Source: Methanotrichaceae archaeon
Lineage (GTDB): Archaea; Halobacteriota; Methanosarcinia; Methanotrichales; Methanotrichaceae
Assembly (NCBI GenBank): GCA_963803145.1
Contig: CAWDLW010000015.1
Span: 160,001 to 224,000, forward strand
Direction of reading: 5' to 3'
Length of the DNA stretch: 64,000 nucleotides
A program made the translations under genes and the position numbers. How positions within the stretch are numbered: the first letter of the stretch is position 1; each line of letters begins with the position of its first letter. Below are positions 1 through 10,565 of this stretch, one piece after another. A model generated the notes under the pieces. It ran no database searches. It saw only the letters and a program-made list of their open reading frames with translations, and was not told the origin of the DNA.

Positions 1-660
1 ACTAATCTTAATGGAACGGCTCTTCCAGGCGTTCGGGTCACAGGGACGGATGCTGCAGGAAACAGCTTCTCAGGCACAACAGACTCAAATGGCGCTGTGG
101 TCCTCAGCGGACAGCCGGGAACATGGCAGTTCTCATTCGCGAAGGAAGGCTATGAAACACGTAACCCGAATTATGATGTTACTAAGACGGAGGAGGTTGC
201 AGCTTATCTCCAAAGAATAGCTCAACCTATGCCTCAGAGAACAACACAGCCAGCTCCTGCATATATCACTCCTCGACCTCAATCCGATGAGCAGTTCGAC
301 TTTACAGTCTGGGTTCACGATAGGAGTCTTAATGGCACAGCTCTCTCGGGCGTCCAGGTGACGGGTCAAGATGCCGCAGGAAACAGCTTCTCAGGAATAA
401 CAGATTCAGACGGCGCTGTGGCCCTTAGCGGACAGCCGGGAACATGGCAGTTCTCATTCGCGAAGGAAGGCTATGGGACGCTTAACTTGAGCTACAATGT
501 CACTAGCACTGATTATGGCGATGTATATCTCCAGAGCGCTAGTAGTGCAGATCAATCGGCGTCGGCACAATCAGAGGTACCAGTTGTCAGCGAAGTTACA
601 CCCACCCAGATGTATCAGCAATCCTCATCGCAACCTGCTATACAGACAATGAGCGGATAA
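1..660 (+). CDS. Partial (5'-truncated) surface protein with tandem carboxypeptidase-regulatory/PEGA-like beta-sandwich repeats
   Basis: Frame is open from base 1 (TNLNGTALPGVRVTGTDAAGNSFSGTTDSNGAVVLSGQPGTWQFSFAKEGY); the same module recurs about 107 aa later; Ser/Gln/Pro-rich tail. Confidence 0.75.
   Translation, partial: TNLNGTALPGVRVTGTDAAGNSFSGTTDSNGAVVLSGQPGTWQFSFAKEGYETRNPNYDVTKTEEVAAYLQRIAQPMPQRTTQPAPAYITPRPQSDEQFDFTVWVHDRSLNGTALSGVQVTGQDAAGNSFSGITDSDGAVALSGQPGTWQFSFAKEGYGTLNLSYNVTSTDYGDVYLQSASSADQSASAQSEVPVVSEVTPTQMYQQSSSQPAIQTMSG
10..475 (+). repeat. Intragenic direct repeat of about 145 bp (about 10-155 and about 331-475)
   Basis: Both copies contain gcaggaaacagcttctcagg and agcggacagccgggaacatggcagttctcattcgcgaaggaaggctatg. 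Confidence 0.9.
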
Positions 661-693
661 CCGCTAAAGCCACATATTCCAGTATAATTGAGA

Positions 694-726
694 GGAGCTA
701 GGGGATGATAAGTAACCCTAGCTTCC
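694..726. terminator. Hairpin between convergent genes
   Basis: agctaggg-N12-ccctagct inverted repeat between the stops at 660 (+) and 784 (-). Confidence 0.35.
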
Positions 727-783
727 ACTCCTACTATTTAGCGGAATCCTTATAAAAACTAAAAATAAAAAAGTGAAAGGTTT

Positions 784-1662
784 CTAGCAGTCTATGCCAG
801 CACAGGCAGGTTGCTCATTCTCAGGCACTGGATTCTCGTGGAACTTGATCGTCTTCTCTGCCTCGAACTGTCCTGTGAACATCTCGTGAGCCTTTATGTC
901 CTTGTAGAATATCTTGTGCCATGTGGCATCTGTGCCCCATGTGCCGTTGAATGTATTCTTTGTCTCCATGCCTATCAGATGCGCCGGGTTATTTCCCATA
1001 AGATCCTTCACCTTATCCTGGTCTCTTCCAGCTGATTTCAGGTCTTTCACTAGCTGCTCCGGTGAATAGCTGGAGGAGGTTCCAGAGTCATCTGGGTAGC
1101 ACATCGGGTAAATTTGCGGGCCTGAATCATATGACATCGGTGAACAATAGCAAGGAGCTGGGTTACATGGCTTGGTTGGGTTATATGGTGCAGTCGAGGT
1201 AAAGAAGGTTGTCTGTTCCTTCTCCATCTGATTTACTGAAAACGTCTCCTGGATATCAGCACCCATGCCGCCGTAGAACTCCTTTGATTTCAGGTACTTT
1301 CCACCGCTCAAAGGTGTCGAGCCCGAGTATGTGAGCTTCTGGTTATCATAGAGATTCAGATTGGATTCCTGGCCCCCGTTGACCGAGGATATATTTCTCT
1401 TAAGCTTATCTGCATTCTGTGAGTAAGCATTCTCTTGGTTAAGTTCCAGATCGCCATCTCCCGACATGGCGTTATAATATTCAAGGGCTATCTTTTTGTC
1501 TACTATCGAAGTGCTCACATCGATAGCACCAGTTCCTGATACTTTCTGACTGTCGCAGAATTGCTCATACTGTACCGGCGGCACAACAGGTGCCGTTGCT
1601 GCCACGATGCCGCAGCAGGCTAGAAGAGCGGCGATTAGCACCGCTACTACTACTCCCTTCAT
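784..1662 (-). CDS. Secreted hypothetical protein
   Basis: 292 aa ORF with N-terminal signal peptide MKGVVVAVLIAALLACCGIVAA. Confidence 0.75.
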   Translation of the reverse strand: MKGVVVAVLIAALLACCGIVAATAPVVPPVQYEQFCDSQKVSGTGAIDVSTSIVDKKIALEYYNAMSGDGDLELNQENAYSQNADKLKRNISSVNGGQESNLNLYDNQKLTYSGSTPLSGGKYLKSKEFYGGMGADIQETFSVNQMEKEQTTFFTSTAPYNPTKPCNPAPCYCSPMSYDSGPQIYPMCYPDDSGTSSSYSPEQLVKDLKSAGRDQDKVKDLMGNNPAHLIGMETKNTFNGTWGTDATWHKIFYKDIKAHEMFTGQFEAEKTIKFHENPVPENEQPACAGIDC

Positions 1663-2061
1663 TCTTTTTTCCCCCTATACCTATATTAACTAAGGTATAT
1701 GACTAAGTTGCTTTAAAGGTTATTAAACATATGCTATGCTAGCAGCACTTCCAGTGGAACTTGGCCAGATGATTCCAGTGGAGGACATGGCAGGATGATT
1801 AAAATATAATAATCGATGTAGCGAGTAACACCTTACCTTGCCGCAACCAATGCGCATAATCGATCTTGCGAGATATTGCTGCTGCCCACAACAGAACGAT
1901 TTTAAAGGTTATCAAGCAAAACTAAACAGTTTTAGGATAATTCAGAAACTAATCATCCAGATAAATTTATCGTTCGTTCGATTTCACCTTTAAATATCGT
2001 TCGATTTCAGTGTCATAGTGTAGCTGGTTCTTACTACCAGTTGAATTTCAAGGTGATTCAA

Positions 2062-2754
2062 ATGAAATTGGCAATATCGGCAGGTCTTGCGATCTGTTGC
2101 ATTCTCATCACATCAGCCTTCGCTGTGCCTGCAGGAACATATGTCCAAAATGGCCAGGACAGGGGTGCAGTATGGCTGTCTGGTGCAGAAAATTATACTC
2201 GCAATTGTATTGGTAACGGCTTATCTGATTTCAATAGAGAATTCAAGAACGGTACGACCAAGGTTGAGGTCATCAAGGGTGGTCGTGGCTTCGCCCTGAA
2301 TGGTGATCAGTTCCATGTTGTCAGTATAGCAGTTGAAAACACAAGAACTATAGATGCTGCGAAGGCATCAAAGATCAGAGATCTCCTGAAATCCAATAAT
2401 AGTGACAAGACAGTAGGCGAGCTCAGGAAAGAGGCATTAGCAATAATCGGAGAGCCAGTCTATAATGGAAGCCTCAGGCTGGGCCAGAGCAGCTACAAGC
2501 TTGTGAATATGAAAGTAGCTTCTAGCGGGAACCTCTCTTCCATAGACGCTGATCTATCGACACTAGCTAAAGGCGCAGCTTCGGGCAGCGTAGCTGGCCA
2601 CATTAAACTGACGACAGAAACTCATGAAGGATCCAGAGTGAGCAGCGGAGATCTTACACTAAACGGTACAAATTACAAAGTTCTTGTAAATATGATGCCG
2701 ATCCAAGGAGGCATGCAAGGGCATAGATATCAGCGAATAATTAGAGGCCGATGA
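2062..2754 (+). CDS. Secreted hypothetical protein, paralog family copy A
   Basis: AGGTGA SD before ATG 2062; signal peptide; motifs GRGFAL, GSLRL, DAD, AGHI shared with 6336-7298 and 10566-11342. Confidence 0.8.
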   Translation: MKLAISAGLAICCILITSAFAVPAGTYVQNGQDRGAVWLSGAENYTRNCIGNGLSDFNREFKNGTTKVEVIKGGRGFALNGDQFHVVSIAVENTRTIDAAKASKIRDLLKSNNSDKTVGELRKEALAIIGEPVYNGSLRLGQSSYKLVNMKVASSGNLSSIDADLSTLAKGAASGSVAGHIKLTTETHEGSRVSSGDLTLNGTNYKVLVNMMPIQGGMQGHRYQRIIRGR

Positions 2755-2988
2755 TAGGCCTGCTATGTGAGCCTGGTGTCGCAGAGTGCTGATAGAACGT
2801 GGGCACCGCCTCCAAATGACGAGCTGAGCTTTATGGACTGGCCATTATCCGGCCGTCCACAATTTAGTGAAGTTTGTATGAAAACAATAATGCTACATCA
2901 AAGCTGTAAGATAATAATGCGATATAATTCATTCGATTGCATAGTCCAGATAAACCGATAGAAAAAGCTAAGTTACAATGGTGACTTC

Positions 2989-3246
2989 ATGCGATCCATT
3001 AATGATTACTTGAAATGTAGGCCGGGTCTAAAAGGTCAGGTCCTCGATCGCGGAGAGCTTAAGCGAGTGGCTCGAGCATGCGGCTTGAGCCCAGAAGATG
3101 CTCGGTCTGAATTGAAAAGGCTAGGGTTTACCCTCACGAAGAACAGCCATGGCCTTGCGGTTTGGAAAAAAGAGGATAATCAAGCTCATTTATATAATCC
3201 GGATAATATGGGCATTGTGGAGGCCGAATCTGATGCCAATCGCTAA
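2989..3246 (+). CDS. Small hypothetical protein, possibly helix-turn-helix-like
   Basis: 85 aa; GGTGA SD upstream; overlaps the next gene as in an operon. Confidence 0.55.
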   Translation: MRSINDYLKCRPGLKGQVLDRGELKRVARACGLSPEDARSELKRLGFTLTKNSHGLAVWKKEDNQAHLYNPDNMGIVEAESDANR

Positions 3247-3457
3247 GATGGATACAAAAGGAAGAGTGCAGCTCCCTATAGGGATAAGATACAAATTGGA
3301 CTTAAATTATGGGGATAAGTTTGCAATAGATCATCTTGGAGATGGCACTATTATCCTTAAAAAGATAGGTTTGCAGGTATCATTTGACACAATGAGAAGT
3401 GCCGGTGATAATTGTTCAGATATTCTGGACTTTAAGCCTGAAGGCAGGAAGGCATGA
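3233..3457 (+). CDS. AbrB/MazE/SpoVT-family DNA-binding protein
   Basis: MPIAKMDTKGRVQLPIGIRYKLDLNYGDKFAI matches the AbrB swapped-hairpin pattern; start moved to ATG 3233; ATGA overlap with the next gene. Confidence 0.75.
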   Translation: MPIAKMDTKGRVQLPIGIRYKLDLNYGDKFAIDHLGDGTIILKKIGLQVSFDTMRSAGDNCSDILDFKPEGRKA

Positions 3458-4128
3458 AGGTAGTAGATCTAGTAGATATAGCGAAGAGTTACCTGATCGG
3501 AGACAGCGAGATAGCAGTTCTGAAGGGTATCAACCTCGGAATAGATCAGGGCGAGTTCATAGCGCTCATGGGTCCGTCGGGCAGCGGCAAATCAACGCTC
3601 ATGAATATAGTGGGCTGTCTGGACAGGCCGACACGAGGGAAGTATTTGCTCCTTGATAAAGACGTGAGCCAGCTGCCGGACGATGAGCTTGCCCGAGCCA
3701 GAAGAGAGGAGCTCGGATTTATATTCCAGACCTTCAACCTTATAGGCAGGATATCGGTTCTGAAGAACGTCGAGGTTCCAATGATGCTGAGCGAGGTTCC
3801 ACGTGAGGAAAGGCGCATCAGAGCCCTGCAGCTTCTTAAGGCCGTAGGGCTTGAGCACAGATCTGATTTCAGCCCACTCAGAATATCAGGTGGCGAACGT
3901 CAGAGAGTGGCTATTGCTCGGGCACTCGCAAACGACCCTAAGATCATAATTGCAGACGAGCCCACCGGAAACTTGGATTTGAAGTCGAGCGATGAGGTCA
4001 TGGAGATCATGAAAAACTTACACGATGAGGGCAGAACCATCATTATGGTTACCCATAACCCTGAGATAACCAGAGACTGCAATAGAGTCATAAGGCTCAG
4101 AGACGGCCAGATATTGGAGAATTCATGA
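3454..4128 (+). CDS. ABC transporter ATP-binding protein (LolD/MacB-type)
   Basis: Walker A GPSGSGKST, signature ISGGERQRVAIARAL, Walker B IIIADEPTGNLD, H-loop VTH. Confidence 0.95.
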   Translation: MKVVDLVDIAKSYLIGDSEIAVLKGINLGIDQGEFIALMGPSGSGKSTLMNIVGCLDRPTRGKYLLLDKDVSQLPDDELARARREELGFIFQTFNLIGRISVLKNVEVPMMLSEVPREERRIRALQLLKAVGLEHRSDFSPLRISGGERQRVAIARALANDPKIIIADEPTGNLDLKSSDEVMEIMKNLHDEGRTIIMVTHNPEITRDCNRVIRLRDGQILENS

Positions 4129-5015
4129 GTAGAGCCTTTCTTGTTTCAGCAATGTTATTGCTTATGCTAATAATAGGCTCATCGCAAGCCTATGAATATC
4201 ACATGCCAGTAAACATCCAGCCTACGATCACGCCTTCTGTGCTCATGCCCGGAGACGAGGCTGTTGTGGCAATCGAGCTTCAGAATGGTGCAGCAGCCTA
4301 TGGTGCAGGCGGAGATGCAGGGGCAGGAACTGCTGCTGCCGGCACAATCTTGTCCACGCCCATAAACCAGACGACTCTAAAGGGAACGAATGATATTCAG
4401 GTCATAAGCCCAGATTACAAGGATCTGGGCATGATCGGACCGGATGATAAGATCACACTCTACTACAAAATCAAGGCAAATGAGAATACCCCAAGCGGAA
4501 CTTACTTCCTGGATTTTAATGTACAAGGCGGCTATGACATGGTTCAGATCAACCGCGAGATTCCTGTCAAGGTAGATTCTGCTGCTGTGAACATTGCTCG
4601 AGCAGATGTGCCAACCAAGCCGAGCATAGACCTGAATGTTGCAAACCCGAGAGAGAATACTCTCAACGCAGTCACGATCATTCCTTCAGCTCCAGGAGTC
4701 AGGTTCTCACCAGACCAATACTATATAGGAACAATGGACCCCGATGAGGTTTTCACTATTAGCTTCGGAATAGATTCATCCGGCCCGGCAAGGCAGCAAA
4801 CACATGCATTAACCAACATGAGCTTCGTATCCAAGTTCAAAAACGGTGATAACTGGCACCAGTCAGGAGCATACACCACAACCTACACCCCACCAATCGA
4901 TACATCAAGGCAGAATAGTTATCTTATGCCCGCAGCTGGAGCCGCCGTGATCATAATCGCGGGAGCAGGCTTGTACCTGTACAGGCGCAGAAAGAATTTA
5001 CAGAAGCAGAAGTGA
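4125..5015 (+). CDS. COG1361-like S-layer-domain membrane-anchored protein (ABC partner)
   Basis: Signal peptide, beta-rich repeats (PGDEAVVAIELQN; YYIGTMDPDE), C-terminal TM helix followed by RRRK. Confidence 0.7.
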   Translation: MSRAFLVSAMLLLMLIIGSSQAYEYHMPVNIQPTITPSVLMPGDEAVVAIELQNGAAAYGAGGDAGAGTAAAGTILSTPINQTTLKGTNDIQVISPDYKDLGMIGPDDKITLYYKIKANENTPSGTYFLDFNVQGGYDMVQINREIPVKVDSAAVNIARADVPTKPSIDLNVANPRENTLNAVTIIPSAPGVRFSPDQYYIGTMDPDEVFTISFGIDSSGPARQQTHALTNMSFVSKFKNGDNWHQSGAYTTTYTPPIDTSRQNSYLMPAAGAAVIIIAGAGLYLYRRRKNLQKQK

Positions 5016-5094
5016 GTTTTTCCAAATATGACTCCAAGATATGGGTTTCAAGGTGTGAAATGGCTCCAGATTTTGACAAGTCCGGGAGGGCTGA

Positions 5095-6318
5095 ATGAAG
5101 CTGCCTGACGTGCTAGAGTTCATAGCAATAGGTTTCAAGGCTGACAGGTTTAAGACGCTCATGTCAAGCCTTGGAATCATCATCGGCGTAATGGCCATCG
5201 TTGTGATGCTCTCTGTGGGCGAGGGCCTTTACTCAGGAGTATCCTCGCAATTCAGCACTTTCAACCTGGACGTAATACGTGTAGCACCTGGCACCTTCAA
5301 CTTTGGTCCAGGTACACAGCCCAGCTTTAGGACGCCACAAGAACCTGCCAAATTCACAGATAAAGATACGAAAGTTCTTGAAAATATCGTTGGGATCAAG
5401 ACTGTGGCACCTGAAACATCGGCGAACGTAGTTATATCTTTTAGAGATAAGAATGCCTCCGCTAGTCTTACGGGCGTCGATCCAACTAAAGAACCCGACC
5501 TCAAAAGTAAGATAGACCTGGGTCGGTTCCTTACAAGTTCGGATTACAAATCGATTGTTATTGGAAGCGGCGTTTCAGATGGTCTCTTTAGGATGAAGAT
5601 AACTCCTGGAAATGTGATAAGGCTGTACTACCAGGACCATTATATGGATTTTAAAGTCGTGGGAGTATTACAGGATCAGCAGCAATCATCCTTCCGTGGC
5701 CCCGGAGGTAGTTCCAATACTCAAATGTATATAACTCATAAGGCCATGAAGGATTTGCTCGGAAGAGAGAATTATTATTATGGGTCATTCCAGGTGACTG
5801 TTGAGGATCCTGCACAAGTGGATAACATAATTGATACGATCAAGGCTGACCTTCAGAGATACCATAAGAACGAAGCCTATGATGCAACAACTGCCAGAGA
5901 TATGCTCGCATCTCTTTTGAGCATACTTTCGATGATTAGATATGCGCTTGGAGGAATAGGCGCAATCTCTCTTATCGTCGGCGGAATAGGGATTGCAAAT
6001 GTCATGATGCTCACAGTCAAAGAGCGCATACGCGAGATAGGAGTCATGAAGGCTCTGGGCGCGACCATGAGGGATATCAGGCTTCAGTACCTTCTTGAGG
6101 CTGGAGTCTTAGGCATTGTTAGCAGTATCATAGGCATAACTCTGGGTGTCGTCGTATCCTTCCTCATAGGTTCATTAGCAGGACTTCCCTCAGCCATAAC
6201 ACCTCAGTCAATTCTAATTGGGCTGATGTTCGGAGTGATGACAACGACAATCGCAGGCGTCTACCCTGCAAATAAAGCTGCAAGGCTTGACCCTATCGAG
6301 GCTCTGCGCGCTGAATAG
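5095..6318 (+). CDS. ABC transporter permease (MacB/FtsX family)
   Basis: N-terminal TM, large extracytoplasmic domain, GGIGIANVMMLTVKERIREIGVMKALGA, C-terminal PANKAARLDPIEALRAE. Confidence 0.95.
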   Translation: MKLPDVLEFIAIGFKADRFKTLMSSLGIIIGVMAIVVMLSVGEGLYSGVSSQFSTFNLDVIRVAPGTFNFGPGTQPSFRTPQEPAKFTDKDTKVLENIVGIKTVAPETSANVVISFRDKNASASLTGVDPTKEPDLKSKIDLGRFLTSSDYKSIVIGSGVSDGLFRMKITPGNVIRLYYQDHYMDFKVVGVLQDQQQSSFRGPGGSSNTQMYITHKAMKDLLGRENYYYGSFQVTVEDPAQVDNIIDTIKADLQRYHKNEAYDATTARDMLASLLSILSMIRYALGGIGAISLIVGGIGIANVMMLTVKERIREIGVMKALGATMRDIRLQYLLEAGVLGIVSSIIGITLGVVVSFLIGSLAGLPSAITPQSILIGLMFGVMTTTIAGVYPANKAARLDPIEALRAE

Positions 6319-6335
6319 ATCTTTAGTTAGGTGAT

Positions 6336-7298
6336 ATGGGAAATGGAGAATTATCTATGAATATAAAGCAGGAGTTCGGAGGTGTAAATCAGTCTCTATT
6401 GGTTTTATCGAGAATCAAAAGGAGCGTCGCCACAATCAAAATCAAATCAAATGTTGTTCACGTAGGGATGATAGTACTGCTAGCACTACTATTTACGAGC
6501 ATGAACGGAATAGGCCTCGCTCAAATATCTCAAGATAATTGGGAATCAGGAAACAGCAAAGTAGTCAATACGTCCGCTGAGAGATCAACCATTCACTGGC
6601 TCGAAGCTCAGCCTGAGGGTATACCTATAGAAAATTCCGATCAGCTTTTCCAAATCAGTGGAGGCTCGGAAAATACAAAAAAATTACTCAAGATGCCTGG
6701 GGACGAATTGATCGCCTACAGGCCATCTACTGTGTCAGATACAGGTGCGCCAGAGCCTCCTAAAGGCGATATTGTAACCAGTCTCTTTAGCGGGAGAGGT
6801 TTCGCCTTGAAGGGCAATGAAACGCATGTTCTAAGGATGAATGTGGAGATTGTCAGAGATGTGGACCCTGTGTATTTGAGGAATCTTATGACATCCAATA
6901 AGAGCATAGAAGATATAAAAGAGGGGCTCAATGCCAAGGAAGGACCTGCGTCTATTCGGGGGAGTTTAAGGATAAATGAAAGCAGTTACTCTCTTTTGAA
7001 TATTAAATTCGTATCATCCAAAGATAATGACACTATCTTAGATGCGGATGTGGCCAAGCTTTACTTAAAACCAGCTCCAGGCATGATTATGAGACCGGAT
7101 ACAGGCAATAAGACCACAATTGCAGGGCACATTAAAGTTACAGTAGCTCCTTCGAAGGATGGCTTGATAGGCAATGGCGAGCTAACTATGAGCAGCGAGG
7201 AGTATAGCGGCAAATATACTGTGCTTCTCCACATGGAGAAGCCCCTGCCCTGTAATATCCTGCCGCTTAGAGGTAATATAGCACCTCCACCAACTTAA
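6336..7298 (+). CDS. Secreted hypothetical protein, paralog family copy B (start uncertain)
   Basis: Hydrophobic segment VGMIVLLALLF; SGRGFALKGNETHVLRMNVE...RGSLRINESSY...LDADV...IAGHIKVTV. Confidence 0.75.
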   Translation: MGNGELSMNIKQEFGGVNQSLLVLSRIKRSVATIKIKSNVVHVGMIVLLALLFTSMNGIGLAQISQDNWESGNSKVVNTSAERSTIHWLEAQPEGIPIENSDQLFQISGGSENTKKLLKMPGDELIAYRPSTVSDTGAPEPPKGDIVTSLFSGRGFALKGNETHVLRMNVEIVRDVDPVYLRNLMTSNKSIEDIKEGLNAKEGPASIRGSLRINESSYSLLNIKFVSSKDNDTILDADVAKLYLKPAPGMIMRPDTGNKTTIAGHIKVTVAPSKDGLIGNGELTMSSEEYSGKYTVLLHMEKPLPCNILPLRGNIAPPPT

Positions 7299-7376
7299 AT
7301 AAGAGGTATATTTAAGGAAACATGATCCGATTAATAATATAGCTAACGCAGATGAAGGATGTTCAGGAGAGATCAT

Positions 7377-7700
7377 ATGAAGATTTTGGTGATATTAAGC
7401 CTAATCCTAGTGGTATCGACTTTTAGCTTAGGAGCATCTTCTCCAATGCAGCTCAATGGAGATGCCGGTAAGGCCATTTTGGTGAACTTAATTAATAATA
7501 CATCGATGAACTCAGTTAATAGTACATTAAACCAAACTATAAATGCCAGTCAGCCCATAGATACTACAGCAAATCAAGTAAGCAACGCCTCAACAGGAGG
7601 TCTTTGGAACTGGGGCACAGCACCGGCTGGTCATACGGTTGATAAATCAGGGAATCTGGTCATGGTGTCCGGCGATCAGGAATGGACCCCAAATATTTGA
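7377..7700 (+). CDS. Small secreted protein rich in N-glycosylation sequons
   Basis: AGGAG SD before ATG 7377; signal peptide; NNTS, NST, NQT, NAS sequons; C-terminal LWNWG.P.G motif. Confidence 0.7.
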   Translation: MKILVILSLILVVSTFSLGASSPMQLNGDAGKAILVNLINNTSMNSVNSTLNQTINASQPIDTTANQVSNASTGGLWNWGTAPAGHTVDKSGNLVMVSGDQEWTPNI

Positions 7701-7843
7701 AAAGATGATGATGCGCTAAAGGCGCTGAAAGCTGATGCAAATCAAGCCGCGGAAGTGGGCCACAGCGCTTTTTCAGGCATATCGGATCAATCTACGCCGT
7801 AGCATTCAAAATGTAGTTTCAACGTTATATTGCAGAAGGAAAT

Positions 7844-10498
7844 ATGAGCATAAAGGAAAATTTGCAAAGTTCAGGTATATACTGGTACGCAGGCGTCTTG
7901 TTGGCGTTTCTAATCTCATTCTACCTCCGTGCAGTCATTCCCCTGAGATCGGTGTTTGTCGGCAATGAGGTTATATTCAGCAGCGAAAGCGATGCATGGT
8001 ACCATATGATGCTTGCTATAAGCACAGCTCTGAACCACCAGCTTCCTTGGTTCGACCCAATGACCTACTTTCCTCATGGTACCCCGATACCATTCGGCCC
8101 ATTCGATAGCTGGGGAATAGCATTAATCTCTTTGATAGCAGGCTTGGGACATCCTAGCATATATACAATTGATACAATTGGAGCATTTTTTCCTGCAATC
8201 CAAGGGGCCCTCCTAGTCATCCCTGTATATTTCATAGGTCGTGAGATCGGCGGAAAAAGCTGCGGCCTGATATCATCACTAATTATTGCAGTTTTGCCCG
8301 GACAGATCTTTGAGCGAAGCGTCCTAGGATTCACCGATCATCATATATCAGAGTCTCTTCTTAGCGCTTTTGTTATAATGTTCTTCCTTCTCGCAATAAG
8401 TTCAGGGAAAGATATGCGTTTTGAATCCATAAAAAGAGACTGGGCAACGCTTAAGAAGCCTTTGATATATTCAGCTCTAGCAGGAATATCTCTCGGGCTG
8501 TACATAGATGCCTGGGCCTCAGGTTTTCTCTTCGAAGGTATAATTCTGATCTTCATTGCTTTCCAGAGCATAAGTGATCACCTCAAGAATAAGAACGCTG
8601 AGTATCTTGGAATCTCAGGAGCGATAACATTCCTTATAGCAGCACTGATGGTTCTGCCGTTTATACAGCCTTTCTATGGGTTTAGCAATTATTACTACTC
8701 CCTCTTCCAGCCGACTATTCTTCTCCTAGGGATGGCTGCTGCGCTGTTTATATCTTTCTTATCCAAGCTCGTGAAGGATAGAGGCATCAATAGATACTAC
8801 TTCCCAGGGATATTGGCAGCAATCGCAATTCTAGGGCTGATAATATTATCGGTAGCTATACCTTCGTTTACTGGGCCTCTCTTTGCTGGGTTCAATATAT
8901 TCCAGCCAAAGGCCGGAGGAGCATCAACTGTAGCAGAGGCATCTCCGCTGCTTATGGAAGGGGGCCAGTTCTCCCTGGACGGAATACAGGCAAACTTCCC
9001 CGGCATCTCGGTCATACTTTCGCCTTTCTTCCTGAGCTTAGTTGCTCTTGTTTTGCTGTCGATATACTACATTAGGACTCAGAGAAACACATATCTTCTG
9101 GCAATAATCTGGTCCATTATCGTTCTCTTTCTGACTTTGGCTCAGGTAAGGTTTGCATATTACTATGGAGTCAATGTAGCATTGCTTTCAGGATTCCTGG
9201 CATCCTGGGTTCTCCAGAAGGCGGGTTCTAGTAAACTTAAGGATTGGGCTACGCAGTCCAAAGATCCAGTGAAGCTGCTAACCTCAAATCTGAAAGGGGC
9301 AGCTGTAATTGTTCTGATATTGATTTTGATCATATACCCAAGCGTTAGCGTAAGCATTCTGACGGCTCAGTATGCCAGCAGCGGACCAGAAAATGATTGG
9401 ATGAGCTCTGTCGCATGGCTGGGAAACAACACGCCTAGCCCCGGCATGGATATTTACACCATATACCAAAGGCCGCCTGATAGCCAGCAGTACCCATATC
9501 CAACAACAGCTTACGGTGTAATGTCCTGGTGGGATTATGGGCACTATATCGAGACTATAGGTCACAGGATGCCCAACGCAAATCCATTCCAGCAAGGCAT
9601 AGGCAACCTATCTGCAAATATCTCAGGCTCATCACCATTCTTCCTATCGGAAAGTGAGGATCAGGCCGAGAATGTTTTGGCGAACCTGGATAAAAGTAGG
9701 TCGCCTTATCAGAATACCAGATACGTCATGATCGACTGGGAAATGGCCACCAGCAAGTTCTATGCCATGACTGCATGGAGCGCAGTTCCAATCACCAATT
9801 ACTACGGCATATTCTATCAGCCGCAGGGAAATCAGCTTGTGCCTATTGAAGCTTACAGGGATGCATTCTTCAAGACTATGACAGCCCGCCTCTTCTTCTT
9901 CGATGGAAGCGAGACTCCTGTCAGCAATGCCTTTGCCATAGCCTACCAGACCTTCGACCAGAACGGTACCCTGTTGCCTGTGATCGTTGAACAGCCATTG
10001 ATATCGTCGAACTATAGCGAGCTTGTAAACTATGTGAACGAGAGCAAGAATAAGGGATATGAGTCAGAGATATTGAGCGAAAACAATCCCACATCCATAT
10101 CATCATCATTACCACTCGTTGCCCTGAAACATTATCGGCTTGTGCATGAGTCAGAGTCGACGGTCACCTACACCGGACAGAAGTATGTTAAGACTTTCGA
10201 GCATGTACCTGGAGCAGTAATCAAGGGCAAAGCTCCTGCCGGAACGAATGTGACAATATCTGTGCCCATAATTACCAACCAGAACAGAGAATTCACCTAC
10301 AGCCAGTCAAATACCACTGATGCTAGCGGCAATTTCATGCTTGTGGTTCCATACTCGACAGAAGGGCCCAGCGCCTCTGGAACAAAGTTCGATACTGGAC
10401 CTGCCAGAAATTATTATGAACTATCGGCAGGCGGCAAGGTCTATGAGGTCAGTGTTCCTGAGAAGGATGTAATGACTGGAGGCACCATAAATGTGTGA
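7844..10498 (+). CDS. aglB: Archaeal oligosaccharyltransferase (STT3 family)
   Basis: Multi-TM N-half with DAWYH and GFTDHH, TVAE motif, WWDYG motif, NPFQQG. Confidence 0.95.
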   Translation: MSIKENLQSSGIYWYAGVLLAFLISFYLRAVIPLRSVFVGNEVIFSSESDAWYHMMLAISTALNHQLPWFDPMTYFPHGTPIPFGPFDSWGIALISLIAGLGHPSIYTIDTIGAFFPAIQGALLVIPVYFIGREIGGKSCGLISSLIIAVLPGQIFERSVLGFTDHHISESLLSAFVIMFFLLAISSGKDMRFESIKRDWATLKKPLIYSALAGISLGLYIDAWASGFLFEGIILIFIAFQSISDHLKNKNAEYLGISGAITFLIAALMVLPFIQPFYGFSNYYYSLFQPTILLLGMAAALFISFLSKLVKDRGINRYYFPGILAAIAILGLIILSVAIPSFTGPLFAGFNIFQPKAGGASTVAEASPLLMEGGQFSLDGIQANFPGISVILSPFFLSLVALVLLSIYYIRTQRNTYLLAIIWSIIVLFLTLAQVRFAYYYGVNVALLSGFLASWVLQKAGSSKLKDWATQSKDPVKLLTSNLKGAAVIVLILILIIYPSVSVSILTAQYASSGPENDWMSSVAWLGNNTPSPGMDIYTIYQRPPDSQQYPYPTTAYGVMSWWDYGHYIETIGHRMPNANPFQQGIGNLSANISGSSPFFLSESEDQAENVLANLDKSRSPYQNTRYVMIDWEMATSKFYAMTAWSAVPITNYYGIFYQPQGNQLVPIEAYRDAFFKTMTARLFFFDGSETPVSNAFAIAYQTFDQNGTLLPVIVEQPLISSNYSELVNYVNESKNKGYESEILSENNPTSISSSLPLVALKHYRLVHESESTVTYTGQKYVKTFEHVPGAVIKGKAPAGTNVTISVPIITNQNREFTYSQSNTTDASGNFMLVVPYSTEGPSASGTKFDTGPARNYYELSAGGKVYEVSVPEKDVMTGGTINV

Positions 10499-10565
10499 GG
10501 TATGGTGCCTTCAGAGCTATTTTTTATGAATGGCGTAAGGGCTTTCTTTTATAGTGCTTCTCGTG

